42,126 nucleotides of DNA from a virus (lineage: Duplodnaviria; Heunggongvirae; Uroviricota; Caudoviricetes): the IMG/VR virus record IMGVR_UViG_2541047766_000003, one strand, 5' to 3'. Shown one piece after another: positions 27,419 to 36,442 of this stretch (within the stretch, counting starts at the first letter, position 1; the number at the start of each line of letters is the position of its first letter). The notes under the pieces were generated by a model. It was not told the DNA's origin. It made no database searches and was given only the letters and a program-made list of their open reading frames with translations. The position numbers and the translations under genes were made by a program.

Positions 27419-28894
27419 TTAAGCATATGGATCGTAATCTGTGATGGCCTTGCCTTGCTGGTTCTGCTGCCCGGGAATTCGCAGACGCTTCGACACAGGG
27501 AACGCAAACGTCAGCAGTAGCGCATCGCCTTTACCAGGAGAACGCCCAAGCCGCTCCTTGATATCTTCCTTCGGTTCGATAACAATTTTACCGTCCACTC
27601 GAACTTTGTACTCTGCCGCAGACAGGTCGTCCGCTGTTTCCTGGTCATCCAGCATGCCGCCCAGCCTCAGCCATGTCTTGCATGAGTTGAACATCTCCCC
27701 ACGCTTGTTGAACATCTGCGGGTCAGTAGACGCGCCACCGAACGGAACAAGTTGCCATGTACGACCCCAGCCATCACCGATTGACTTCAGACCAGTTCCG
27801 TAACCGAAGTCGATGAACACTGCGTCAGCCTGGTACTGGTCTTCAAAGTCAGCGATACGCTTCGCCATAATCAGATCGTCAGTGGTCTTGTTGCCAGTCC
27901 ACAGCACCTTACTGTGCAGCCCCTGCCGCAGGTATATCACAGCGTCATCAACGCCGGAGTATGCCGGGTCAACGCCGATTATCACCGGAGCATGTGCAAC
28001 CTGCGCAGCGGTTACCACCCGTTTCATTGCCTCGTCAGTAAGGCCGGTAGGGATAAACTGCAATTCAGATGCATCCGGGAATATGCCGCGCACACGGATT
28101 TTAACGAAGTCGCTGTCTTCCCCGTAGTCATCAACCCATTTCTGCAACTGCTGTTTGTTAGTGCCTTCCACCGTCCGGCTGTCAATCTGCGCAGTTTTCC
28201 AGCGGTGTTTATATTTGCGGAAACATTCGCGGAAACGTCCGGTATTACGCGTCGGGTTTCCGAACGCCACCCAGATAATCTCAGTGTCTTCGTCCGTCAG
28301 CGCACCCTCTGCTACCTCCCACACCAGATCGGCAATGTTGGATGCTTCGTCGAATACCACGATGATGCGTTTGCGCTCGTTGTGTAGTCCGGCGAATGCC
28401 TCAGTGTTGTGCTCAGACCAGGGGATTGCGTCAGCTCGCCACCGCTTGTCGTGCCCAGGGTCATTGCTGTACATCGCGGTAGCGGTACAGGTAAACCAGT
28501 CTTTCGTGATAGCAAGGTTTGACCACTTGATAATTTCCGGCCAGGTCTTCGTTCGTAGCTGGTTGTCGGTGTTGGCGGTCACCACGACCTTACAATCCTC
28601 GCAAGTGGACATGCCCCAGTTGATCAACATTGAGATGAATGCTGATTTACCAATACCGTGACCCGAAGCACGTGCCAGCATAAGCGGCTGATAACGCGTC
28701 TCTGGATTCTGCAGGTGATCACGTATCTCTCGGAACGCATCGGCCTGCCACTGACGTGGACCGGTAGCATGTGCCAGTTCAGTCCCCTCTTCCCCCCAAG
28801 GGAACGCATAGAGGGCATAGCCAAGCGGATCGTGAGTGAACCCTGCAATATCTTCGATTAACTGCTCTTCAGGAGATAACGCTGCATCTGTCAC
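27419..28894 (-). CDS. Terminase large subunit
   Basis: 491 aa; Walker A-like GHGIGKS, ATPase and nuclease halves; follows the small subunit with 4-nt overlap. Confidence 0.9.
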   Translation of the reverse strand: MTDAALSPEEQLIEDIAGFTHDPLGYALYAFPWGEEGTELAHATGPRQWQADAFREIRDHLQNPETRYQPLMLARASGHGIGKSAFISMLINWGMSTCEDCKVVVTANTDNQLRTKTWPEIIKWSNLAITKDWFTCTATAMYSNDPGHDKRWRADAIPWSEHNTEAFAGLHNERKRIIVVFDEASNIADLVWEVAEGALTDEDTEIIWVAFGNPTRNTGRFRECFRKYKHRWKTAQIDSRTVEGTNKQQLQKWVDDYGEDSDFVKIRVRGIFPDASELQFIPTGLTDEAMKRVVTAAQVAHAPVIIGVDPAYSGVDDAVIYLRQGLHSKVLWTGNKTTDDLIMAKRIADFEDQYQADAVFIDFGYGTGLKSIGDGWGRTWQLVPFGGASTDPQMFNKRGEMFNSCKTWLRLGGMLDDQETADDLSAAEYKVRVDGKIVIEPKEDIKERLGRSPGKGDALLLTFAFPVSKRLRIPGQQNQQGKAITDYDPYA

Positions 28895-29487
28895 TGATTA
28901 CCATCCTGACGTTCTTTGAGTCGCTTCCTGGCTGCTGCTATGCGATCAGCAATTGTCACATTCACATTAACATCCAGGCGTTCTTTGAATGCGTTGACGT
29001 CGACGTGCTTACCAATCAGTTCGAGGTTCTTCACCTTGTCAGGCCATTTAATTTTTTTGAGGATTGTCTCTATCGAATCCTCGTTCATGTTCATGATGGT
29101 CGATGACAGATCAAAGCCACTAAGCGTAGTGCGCCAGATTTTCGGCCACTCACGGATTGGTTTAAGGCTCCCATCGTCGTTGAGGATGTCGATCACGTCC
29201 ATCTGGTCGATCTCCACCAGGCGCATGAGAACGTAATCAGCACTGACGCGCATTCGTTTGTTGCGCTCCTCCATCAACTCGGCAATCCGTTTTTGAATGC
29301 GTTCATCGCGCATCATGACACTGGCTTTAACTGCCGCTGTATTTGGGGAGAATCCTGCGTTAATCGCTGCCTGAGTCTGGTTTTCAGGCGTTTTGATGTA
29401 TGACTGGCAATAAGCCTCCTGCATTGCTGTTAGTGGCTTAAATTGCGTTGATTTGCGTTTATAGGTTTTAGGTTCAGCAGGCATCAT
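28891..29487 (-). CDS. Terminase small subunit (start uncertain; the open frame runs to 29565)
   Basis: Terminase_2-like ...FKPLTAMQEAYCQSYIKTPENQTQAAINAGFSPNTA...; start set at the internal MMPAEP because the upstream 26 codons translate a DNA tandem repeat. Confidence 0.7.
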   Translation of the reverse strand: MMPAEPKTYKRKSTQFKPLTAMQEAYCQSYIKTPENQTQAAINAGFSPNTAAVKASVMMRDERIQKRIAELMEERNKRMRVSADYVLMRLVEIDQMDVIDILNDDGSLKPIREWPKIWRTTLSGFDLSSTIMNMNEDSIETILKKIKWPDKVKNLELIGKHVDVNAFKERLDVNVNVTIADRIAAARKRLKERQDGNQ

Positions 29488-29561
29488 AACCACCGTGGTA
29501 ATAGTTACCGTTGTGGTAATAGTAACATGCAAAATAAAGCCGCCATAGTTGGCGGCAGCAT

Positions 29562-29795
29562 TCAAAGTCCATCAAATTCATCGTAAAAACTCTCGTCAAG
29601 ATACCCTTCCCATTTACCGCGAATGAAAATTACATCCTCACCGCAAGGGTGCTGACTGTCGATAACTATATCCCTCCTGGCGCAACCATACTTGTGCATA
29701 AGAAATTTAACCTCTTTCGGAAAATTTGCTGAGTTATCTCTCATATCTTCAAGGTCGTAGCGTATTTTTGGCATAACACCTTCGTGACATGTCAC
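29562..29795 (-). CDS. Hypothetical small protein
   Basis: 77-aa ORF; ATG lies inside the GTGACATGTCAC palindrome. Confidence 0.5.
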   Translation of the reverse strand: MTCHEGVMPKIRYDLEDMRDNSANFPKEVKFLMHKYGCARRDIVIDSQHPCGEDVIFIRGKWEGYLDESFYDEFDGL

Positions 29796-30133
29796 ACTAT
29801 TAATTTCGTTTCATGCCAGCCTTTGGTCACCCAGCATTGCGAGTCACCATTACACGGGCATGAATTCACAGGTACTCTCTCGCCGCACTTACCGCAACGT
29901 TTTCTGCTGATCGATTTTATACGCCCGCGCACGCGTGCATCATCCTGGCGGATCAGTAACGCTATATACTCACCAAATTCGTAAGGCGCACGCCCGGGGC
30001 GACGCGTGGCACAGTTACGCTCCAGCATTTCAATTTCCTGAGCATCAAGCACAATCTCCAGCTTACGTACACCGGATTCAGCTTGTCTGGCTCTCTGAGC
30101 GGCTTTGCGCTCTGCTGCTGATTTAGCCATCAA
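29792..30133 (-). CDS. Hypothetical protein with C-terminal Cys-rich zinc-finger-like motif
   Basis: CGKCG...CPCNGDSQC. Confidence 0.5.
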   Translation of the reverse strand: MMAKSAAERKAAQRARQAESGVRKLEIVLDAQEIEMLERNCATRRPGRAPYEFGEYIALLIRQDDARVRGRIKSISRKRCGKCGERVPVNSCPCNGDSQCWVTKGWHETKLIV

Positions 30134-30404
30134 TATTTACCTTTATCGCGAACACCTTTACCGGTTTATCGCCGAAGTGCGGATGTGTGATTGTCTTGAT
30201 TTCATATCCGTCATACGGGACGTTAATTCTGCGACTGAAGTCGTCGCGCTTCGGATATCCCTTTGTGATAATCAGGCGGTCATACTTACGGTTAACGAGG
30301 CGCTTATTCCAATAGTCATTAACAAGGCGATACTCTTCCGTTTTCTCTCCGCGAATCATGGCATCGAAGTATTCACCTTTAACGGCTAGTTGCAGGTTAG
30401 CCAC
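30123..30404 (-). CDS. Hypothetical protein (ASCH-like?), GTG start
   Basis: RBS aggagg then GTG; VKGEYFDAMIRGEKTEEYRL motif. Confidence 0.45.
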   Translation of the reverse strand: MANLQLAVKGEYFDAMIRGEKTEEYRLVNDYWNKRLVNRKYDRLIITKGYPKRDDFSRRINVPYDGYEIKTITHPHFGDKPVKVFAIKVNIDG

Positions 30405-31332
30405 GGTTAACCTCCTGCGGCGGTTCTGGTAGCGGCATCCAGTGTGACGGCTCACATACCCCCTCAACACCATTCATGTAAAAGAATTGAAATAACCCTT
30501 TACCTTTGTGAAACCCTACCATCTGCTCTTTTGTGTCTGAGCAATAAACCAAAACATCTTCTTCGTTCGGCATTCGCTCACTACAGCTTATCCAACCATC
30601 CGGAGTTACCGGATAGTTGCCAGCCAGTCTACGCAAAACAGCCTTAACAGCCTCAATACGGTCATCATCGCAACTTTCCAGCGTATCTATGCGATCGAGC
30701 ATGATGATGGCGTTATCAATATCAGGATTGCCGGTCCACTCATTACCGCGATTGGATTCGGCAGTCTGGTTGCCGCGTACTGGTTGATTCTCGGCTTTAC
30801 CCTGTCTGTCGTTGCTGCATGAATGCCCTTCCAGCCAGACCAGTGCTTGTCGCATGAAATACGCAATATGCTTGCCGTGGTAATCGTCTTCATCGATGTG
30901 AAAAGCGATACTGCGGATATATTCAATTGCGTTTTCAATGGCCTCTAACGCTATCGGTGCTGGCGGAGTGGTATATAGTTTTCGACATTTGTTTATCCAA
31001 CCGGCATGGTCAGGCGTGTCTGTAAAGCGCAAATCGTCTTCGTAGCACTCACGACTTCGTTCTTTCCATTCCGTCCACGGAACACCGCTATTCCAGGTGG
31101 GACGAGTGCAGGACTGATACAGAACAGGCTCTGCTTCCAGTGATGCCAGTGCAATCCGTGCCAGCTCACGCACAACTTCCGGCGGCGCGTAACGGTCATT
31201 CAGGTCATCCCACAGGCGTAGCATGTTATCGCTACCAGGGTGAACATCCTCGTTAGTTCCGGCCAGCGCACTAATAACCTCATCGGCTGCTTCAATAATT
31301 TTCTGTGCCTGTTCTCTGGTAATAGTGGTCAT
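30397..31332 (-). CDS. DUF551-domain protein with ead-like N-terminal module
   Basis: C-terminal DGWISCSERMPNEEDVLV...HWMPLPEPP is DUF551-like; N-terminal MTTIT... module repeated in 31765..32160. Confidence 0.65.
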   Translation of the reverse strand: MTTITREQAQKIIEAADEVISALAGTNEDVHPGSDNMLRLWDDLNDRYAPPEVVRELARIALASLEAEPVLYQSCTRPTWNSGVPWTEWKERSRECYEDDLRFTDTPDHAGWINKCRKLYTTPPAPIALEAIENAIEYIRSIAFHIDEDDYHGKHIAYFMRQALVWLEGHSCSNDRQGKAENQPVRGNQTAESNRGNEWTGNPDIDNAIIMLDRIDTLESCDDDRIEAVKAVLRRLAGNYPVTPDGWISCSERMPNEEDVLVYCSDTKEQMVGFHKGKGLFQFFYMNGVEGVCEPSHWMPLPEPPQEVNRG

Positions 31333-31342
31333 TTGTTATGCC

Positions 31343-31540
31343 TCAATACACGAAATCTGTTTTAAATTCATGGTTACATTCTGGACAGCATGTTTCGTAA
31401 CCTTTTATTTCTTCACATGCCTGTTTAGCTCCAGAAAACTCCCAGAAATCAGCATCACAAAGCAGATCGAAATTGTGACCGCATTTTGGGCATTCGGTAT
31501 CAAGTGACAGATTCCAGTAAGCAGTGGTGTTTTTATCCAT
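31343..31540 (-). CDS. Small zinc-ribbon protein
   Basis: RBS aaaggag; CPKCGH...CCPECNH. Confidence 0.5.
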   Translation of the reverse strand: MDKNTTAYWNLSLDTECPKCGHNFDLLCDADFWEFSGAKQACEEIKGYETCCPECNHEFKTDFVY

Positions 31541-31541
31541 A

Positions 31542-31763
31542 TCAGTCTCCTTTACCCGCTGCTTTCTCCTGCTCTTTAGCAAGCCGCTCCGCTTCTCTGA
31601 AATCCCAGTCAACTCGACGTGCTATATCAATTGCAGAACGCACGGTACGTTCAATTAGCGTATCCAGATTATCGATTGTCATTGCCATATCTGGATTGCG
31701 AGATAAAATCTCCGCCCTCTGAATCTGCCAGTTGTTGCAGGTTTCAAGTAATGAGTTAGCCAT
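31542..31763 (-). CDS. Hypothetical small protein
   Basis: RBS ggaaagg before internal Met MANSLL. Confidence 0.5.
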   Translation of the reverse strand: MANSLLETCNNWQIQRAEILSRNPDMAMTIDNLDTLIERTVRSAIDIARRVDWDFREAERLAKEQEKAAGKGD

Positions 31764-31764
31764 A

Positions 31765-32160
31765 TCACTTTCCTTTCCCATGAAGCATAGCCGCGCGGCA
31801 GGCATTCCAGCCTCTCACCTCTGCAATAGCGGCAACAGCATCAACCGCGTACATGCTAAGAGGATTAGGCATTGGTTTTTCTTCCGGTACTACTGGCGCT
31901 GGAGGGGCGGCGTAAATACCCTCTATCACTAAATGTTTGCGCTCAAAATCATCTGGCTCTCGATGATATACGTAACTCCAATCACCAAGGTTATCATTGC
32001 GCCTGCAACGGAAACCTATCGGCTCGACTTCCAGCGCTGCCAGAGCAATTCGTGCCAGTTCTTCCGCTTCTTCTGCTGGCAGTACAACGTTGCTACCAGG
32101 TCCGTATGTTTCGCGCCACTGCTTGATTGTCAGTAGTCGCTCTTTGGTAATAGTGGTCAT
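31765..32160 (-). CDS. Hypothetical protein with N-terminal module paralogous to 30397..31332
   Basis: RBS aaaggag; MTTITKERLL...ELARIALAALEVEP. Confidence 0.55.
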   Translation of the reverse strand: MTTITKERLLTIKQWRETYGPGSNVVLPAEEAEELARIALAALEVEPIGFRCRRNDNLGDWSYVYHREPDDFERKHLVIEGIYAAPPAPVVPEEKPMPNPLSMYAVDAVAAIAEVRGWNACRAAMLHGKGK

Positions 32161-32161
32161 C

Positions 32162-32884
32162 TCACTCTCCTTTGATGCGAATGCCAGCGGCGCGGGAATC
32201 ATTCCATCGCTTTACTTCTTCACGAATTACGTCAATGCATTCTTTCGAATCCATTAGGTAATCTTCATCAAAAAGACGTTCCTGTTCGTTTTCTATCGCA
32301 ACAATGATTGCTTCAACTAACTTTTGTGCCTGAGAACCACTTTCTAACTCTGCTATGCGCTTACTTCCATCCGCGATTACTCCCTCGTAATATTCACGCT
32401 GCTCGTTGAGTTTTGATTTTGCGGCTTCCAGCGCCGCAACCAATTCGTCTACAGTTCCGGCAGCTTGCAGTGCGTAATCGGTAATAGACATCTCATGATC
32501 AATTTCAGTACCGTTCTCATTAGTTGAGGTGATAGCAAAATAATCAGAGTCGATTTCGTTATCAGCTAAGTGGCGTAGCGTATCGGCAACAAGCTGACCG
32601 TTTTCGATTAACAGCTTCCCTACCGTTAGCGCAATATCCTCGTTCTCCTGGTCGCGAGATTTGATGTATTGCTGGTTTCTTTCCCGTTCATCCAGTAGCG
32701 CCAGCACGGTTTCTGGTCCGGCCAGAATTTTGAAGGCGTTGAGCGCATCAATATCAACACCGCTATCTTTAAGTTCCTGCTCGCTTATCAGATCATCATC
32801 AACTGGCAACATTAACAGGCGTTCCATTGCCGGAATTGCACGCTCTGCCGCCTCACGCAGTGCCTGATAGTCAATCTTGCTCAC
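32162..32884 (-). CDS. ead/Ea22-like protein
   Basis: MSKIDYQALREAAERA... acidic coiled-coil protein typical of this family. Confidence 0.6.
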   Translation of the reverse strand: MSKIDYQALREAAERAIPAMERLLMLPVDDDLISEQELKDSGVDIDALNAFKILAGPETVLALLDERERNQQYIKSRDQENEDIALTVGKLLIENGQLVADTLRHLADNEIDSDYFAITSTNENGTEIDHEMSITDYALQAAGTVDELVAALEAAKSKLNEQREYYEGVIADGSKRIAELESGSQAQKLVEAIIVAIENEQERLFDEDYLMDSKECIDVIREEVKRWNDSRAAGIRIKGE

Positions 32885-33570
32885 TGGTTGCCTCCTTTGC
32901 GAAGCTGGGCTGCGAACTCGTGAGCCAACGATGAATATGGATGCTCTTGACCACCAACAACCTTCAGGCTGGCAGCAAACATCTCCACACCACGCGCCCG
33001 CACTTCAGCCAGGAAGGCGTCAGTGGACGGAGTTTGCACCGTGATGCTGTCACGCAGGATGAAGTACGCGTTAAGCATTCCGGTTTCAGGCATCTCCTCT
33101 GCATTAAATGCATCGATTGCAGCATCCATTACAGGGCCAAGTGGTTGAGGGTGTGCGCTACGGATAGCATCACATTCAGCTATGATAGATTTGATTTTAT
33201 CTACCAGGTCAGATGGTGACACGTCGTCAGCTGACCGATTAAACCCAAGTGCCTCCCGAACTGCGCACGACTCCGACATTCTTTGGTCTGCTTGCCCTGC
33301 TGACATTGAGTAGCGAGCATTCTCAGCAGCCAGAGCCGAAAACTTCTCGTGTGCCAACTTAACAGCCGCATCAGCCTGCTTAATTGACTCAATCGCTCTC
33401 TGGTGGTCTTCGGCCAGCGCATTAGCACGCACCAGTTGCACTTCCAGTTGCGTTGCCAAATCGCTGAGCAGCTTTGCCACATTACGCATATCAACGGCAC
33501 CACATTCTGCTTTCAGTTCCGAAGCCATCTCATGCCCGGCGGCAACGAACCCTTTGATATTACTTTCCAT
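32881..33570 (-). CDS. Hypothetical early protein
   Basis: 229-aa ORF with 4-nt overlap to the next gene. Confidence 0.55.
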   Translation of the reverse strand: MESNIKGFVAAGHEMASELKAECGAVDMRNVAKLLSDLATQLEVQLVRANALAEDHQRAIESIKQADAAVKLAHEKFSALAAENARYSMSAGQADQRMSESCAVREALGFNRSADDVSPSDLVDKIKSIIAECDAIRSAHPQPLGPVMDAAIDAFNAEEMPETGMLNAYFILRDSITVQTPSTDAFLAEVRARGVEMFAASLKVVGGQEHPYSSLAHEFAAQLRKGGNQ

Positions 33571-33631
33571 CTTTACCCTCGCTTATCCACATAACTTATT
33601 GATTACATTGATAACTAAAAAGATCGTCGAT

Positions 33632-33976
33632 TCAGAACTCTTCGATTTTCCAGCCACCACCTGCTTTCTTTGGTTTAACCGTTACCCCGATGATTCGGAA
33701 CGGATACTGATCTGCGGCGACTTTGGTTTTCACCCTGGCGTCTTCGGTCCAGAAACCTTTCACTTCGTGCAGTTCCATCTCGCCGGTGGCGAGCATCACA
33801 GCGAAATCGGGCGTATAAAACGTGTTATCAGCTAACCGCAGCTTGATACCCTCGAATCGATACCAGGCGATTTCCCCTGCACGTTTACGCTGCTCAAGGT
33901 GCTGGCAATACGCAGATTCTGTTTTGTTCATCTGGCCTGTTTTGAGTCGACCAAGAGCCTGTATCTGTTTTCTCAT
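33632..33976 (-). CDS. DUF1064-family phage protein
   Basis: 114 aa; ...YTPDFAVMLATGEMELHEVKGFWTEDARVK... pattern. Confidence 0.6.
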   Translation of the reverse strand: MRKQIQALGRLKTGQMNKTESAYCQHLEQRKRAGEIAWYRFEGIKLRLADNTFYTPDFAVMLATGEMELHEVKGFWTEDARVKTKVAADQYPFRIIGVTVKPKKAGGGWKIEEF

Positions 33977-33979
33977 GAT

Positions 33980-33994
33980 TTACCTCTAAGGTAA
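33980..33994. promoter_or_regulatory. Operator-like palindrome TTACC-TCTAA-GGTAA immediately upstream of the DUF1064 gene
   Basis: Ends 4 bp before the ATG; TTGATT -35-like element upstream on the minus strand. Confidence 0.5.
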
Positions 33995-34041
33995 TTAAAA
34001 ACCACATAAGACACGAAATCAATAGAATTTAGAATATTTTG

Positions 34042-34056
34042 TTACCCAATAGGTAA
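34042..34056. promoter_or_regulatory. Operator-like palindrome TTACC-CAATA-GGTAA
   Basis: Second site in the same intergenic region, after a terminator-like hairpin at the end of the P-like gene. Confidence 0.5.
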
Positions 34057-34093
34057 CTATCGAGGCGTAAAAAAATGCGCTATCGCGCTGGTA

Positions 34094-34879
34094 TTACTTG
34101 ATAAATCCTGCCGCCTTTCCCCGCCTGTATTCCTCCATCAGCCACTGCGCCGGTGTTATTCCCCCAAGGGTGGCGGCGTTAGGCATGCACCCGAAACTTC
34201 GCCCTGGTGGATGGTAAACGTCTCTCCCTGTGTCCGGAGGCGTACTCATGGGTTCTGGCTTTGCCTGTATGCTGATCACCGGATCCGGTATCTGCTGTCC
34301 GGAAGCCACCTTTTTCGCCCAATCATCGAGCAGCCTGCGCGCGTGTTTCTCAACCTCAATCTCGCTAAGCTGGCGCTGATACATTGCACGGCGGGTATCA
34401 CATACGACCCAGTACATAACCGGATGTCGCCACGGGAATCTTTCGGGACCACCAGGATATAAACTTTTTTCCTTGCTGTACCTGTGAAACTCCGCCATCA
34501 CATCGTCAATGGTGACGCCAAGAACCATCTTGCTGTCTTTGCACCACTTGATAAATTGCCCTGGAGACGGCCAGAACGGAGATTCACTGGCGCGGGCGTG
34601 GCGCATACCAGCAGAAACCTGTTCACGGGTTCGGATCCCCCCTTCGGCAAACGCAGCAATCCACTGCTGTTTTGCAGCAACTTCCTGCTCTGGCGTCTTC
34701 AGGTTGGTTACCACTGCCGCCGGAAACAGTTGTTTCAGCTGTTTGAAAAGGGCATCAACAAGCCTCTCTGCTGACATGTTCACCACGTTGTCATTGTTGG
34801 TGTACTGATGCTCATAACCTGACATGCGAGAAAGGGCTTCTCCGTCACGGTTTTGTATCGCGGTAAAAACGTTGTTCAC
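34094..34879 (-). CDS. Replication protein P-like (helicase loader)
   Basis: ...REQVSAGMRHARASESPFWPSPGQFIKWCKD aligns with lambda P (EQVNAGMRVARRQNRPFLPSPGQFVAWCRE, from memory); GTG start after RBS ggagga. Confidence 0.75.
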   Translation of the reverse strand: MNNVFTAIQNRDGEALSRMSGYEHQYTNNDNVVNMSAERLVDALFKQLKQLFPAAVVTNLKTPEQEVAAKQQWIAAFAEGGIRTREQVSAGMRHARASESPFWPSPGQFIKWCKDSKMVLGVTIDDVMAEFHRYSKEKSLYPGGPERFPWRHPVMYWVVCDTRRAMYQRQLSEIEVEKHARRLLDDWAKKVASGQQIPDPVISIQAKPEPMSTPPDTGRDVYHPPGRSFGCMPNAATLGGITPAQWLMEEYRRGKAAGFIK

Positions 34880-35691
34880 AAGAAATCCTCCCATGCTTCA
34901 GGGCTGTTCCAGTGCGGAACGTTGTTATCAGGTAATGTTGATTGCTTCTGTCTGCTAATCTGCAGCCGCCTTGCCAGCTTCTGCTCCCACTGTGCCTGAT
35001 GGTATGCCTTACCCTCAGCCATCCAGTAAATTCTGAACTCTGCAAGTTCCTGTGCCGTTGGCAGACTGTCCAGGTAGATCCCCTGCAATGAGCTTTTCCG
35101 AAGAAAGTCATCTGATGGCTGCCATTGTTCATGCATGACAAATTTGCCTAATTGCCCTGGCCCACCAGGAGGAACAAAGTTATTCATCACGGCGTTGTTT
35201 GCGCCGGGGTCATGAGGCACAGAATCCCCGGTTTTTGTCCTGCTCTCCCTCTCTTGGTTAAATGACTGGTTATATGACTGGTTCTGGATCCCGTTTTTGG
35301 GATCATTCAACATCCCGTTTTTGGGATCATTCAACATCCCGTTTTTGGGTATATTCCCGTTTTCGGTAACATTACCGTTTTCGGGTTCATTACCCCCTTC
35401 CCGGTTGCCTTTAATGTTCCCGTTTTTGGTTATATTAAGAGAGAAAACCCGCACTCTTTTCGTCGCTCCCTTTCTCTCTCCGGTATCTGAAATAAGCCCC
35501 ATTTTCATGAGCGATATAAGTCCGGCCTGCACGGTTTTTTTATTCAGGCAAGTGTCTTTAACGAGGCGTTCTATGCTGGGGTAGCAGAGGTTATATTCAT
35601 CGGCTCTGTCAGCCATCGAGAGCAGTATGAGCTTTAATGACGAGCTACCTGGATCTGTCTCCCAGGCCCAATCTGTTGCATGTCTGCTCAT
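34876..35691 (-). CDS. Replication initiator, lambda O-like, with in-gene origin
   Basis: N-terminal HTH; central Asn/Gly/Pro repeats encoded by iterons. Confidence 0.75.
   Translation of the reverse strand: MSRHATDWAWETDPGSSSLKLILLSMADRADEYNLCYPSIERLVKDTCLNKKTVQAGLISLMKMGLISDTGERKGATKRVRVFSLNITKNGNIKGNREGGNEPENGNVTENGNIPKNGMLNDPKNGMLNDPKNGIQNQSYNQSFNQERESRTKTGDSVPHDPGANNAVMNNFVPPGGPGQLGKFVMHEQWQPSDDFLRKSSLQGIYLDSLPTAQELAEFRIYWMAEGKAYHQAQWEQKLARRLQISRQKQSTLPDNNVPHWNSPEAWEDFL
35288..35436. repeat. Replication-origin iterons (about six copies of CCGTTTT(T/C)GG, two perfect 24-bp repeats)
   Basis: atcccgtttttgggatcattcaac repeated in tandem, then degenerate copies at ~19-bp spacing. Confidence 0.7.
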
Positions 35692-35706
35692 GATTAATCT
35701 CAGCTA

Positions 35707-35976
35707 TCAGCTTGAATGTTGTGGGGAGGAATTAATCATGATCTGCTTAATCTCTGCCCTGATACGACGGTTTGATTCCATGGTGCACTCAACACAGTGT
35801 CCGTTGTAAACCCAGCGTTCACTGTCATGTCCGTGCTTACATGTTTTTCCGGTGTAGTAGCGTTTAAGTCCGCGCTTTGCGGCATCAATACGTGTAATGA
35901 TTTCCATGGTAAGCCCTGTTATTGGTATTGGGATTACGGTCATTTTGTGCTGACACAAAAAAAAGATCAACCACAT
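35707..35976 (-). CDS. Hypothetical protein at cII position (Cys/His-rich), start uncertain
   Basis: ORF after a tR1-like terminator downstream of the cro-like gene; alternative starts at MTVIP or MEIITR. Confidence 0.4.
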   Translation of the reverse strand: MWLIFFLCQHKMTVIPIPITGLTMEIITRIDAAKRGLKRYYTGKTCKHGHDSERWVYNGHCVECTMESNRRIRAEIKQIMINSSPQHSS

Positions 35977-35987
35977 TTGGTTTTTTA

Positions 35988-36002
35988 TTACCTTTGAGGT
36001 AC
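35988..36002. promoter_or_regulatory. Operator-like palindrome TTACC-TTTGA-GGTAC (imperfect)
   Basis: Lies between a hairpin terminator (gaccgcc-gggt-ggcggtc, ~36012..36031) and the next gene. Confidence 0.35.
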
Positions 36003-36057
36003 GAATAGATATGAAAAGACCGCCGGGTGGCGGTCTACAGAGGGTTGTAGCTGGATA

Positions 36058-36288
36058 TCATGAGTAGAAGAAGTATGCCAGTTCTGCTTTTGAGCGCAGC
36101 CATTGTCTTGTTTTACAGGCTTTAAAAAGCCCATTCATCAATACTTTACCTGGCATTTTGCGCTTACCTGTTAAGTGAGTCTGGATATAATGACTCGTCG
36201 TTCCGGCTTCCTGTGCGAAGGCTTCACGCTCATCCGGAGTAAGTGCAAGCCAGTGCTTTTTGAAATCGAAATGTCCGTTATCGCTCAT
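36058..36288 (-). CDS. Cro-like HTH regulator
   Basis: Divergent from the repressor; HTH segment EAFAQEAGTTSHYIQTHLTG. Confidence 0.6.
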   Translation of the reverse strand: MSDNGHFDFKKHWLALTPDEREAFAQEAGTTSHYIQTHLTGKRKMPGKVLMNGLFKACKTRQWLRSKAELAYFFYS

Positions 36289-36324
36289 AGCTATTGCCTG
36301 ATATTTATTTCAGATAATAAATAT

Positions 36325-36387
36325 TCACCCATAAGGTAACAAAAATCAAGGATAGTTACCTATGGGGTGCATTTACCTATTGGGTAA
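36325..36387. promoter_or_regulatory. OR-like tripartite operator
   Basis: Three palindromes: tCACC-CATAA-GGTAA (36325..36339), TTACC-TATGG-GGTgc (36356..36370), TTACC-TATTG-GGTAA (36373..36387). Confidence 0.6.
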
Positions 36388-36442
36388 TATTGCTTTAAAT
36401 TGAATCATCTACTGATTCATATATGAGGCGATTTTCCAGAAA

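Noticed and set aside
29562-36057. Q-like antiterminator or N-like protein
   Set aside because: No protein with recognisable Q or Arg-rich N features among the early genes; absence noted rather than a gene called.
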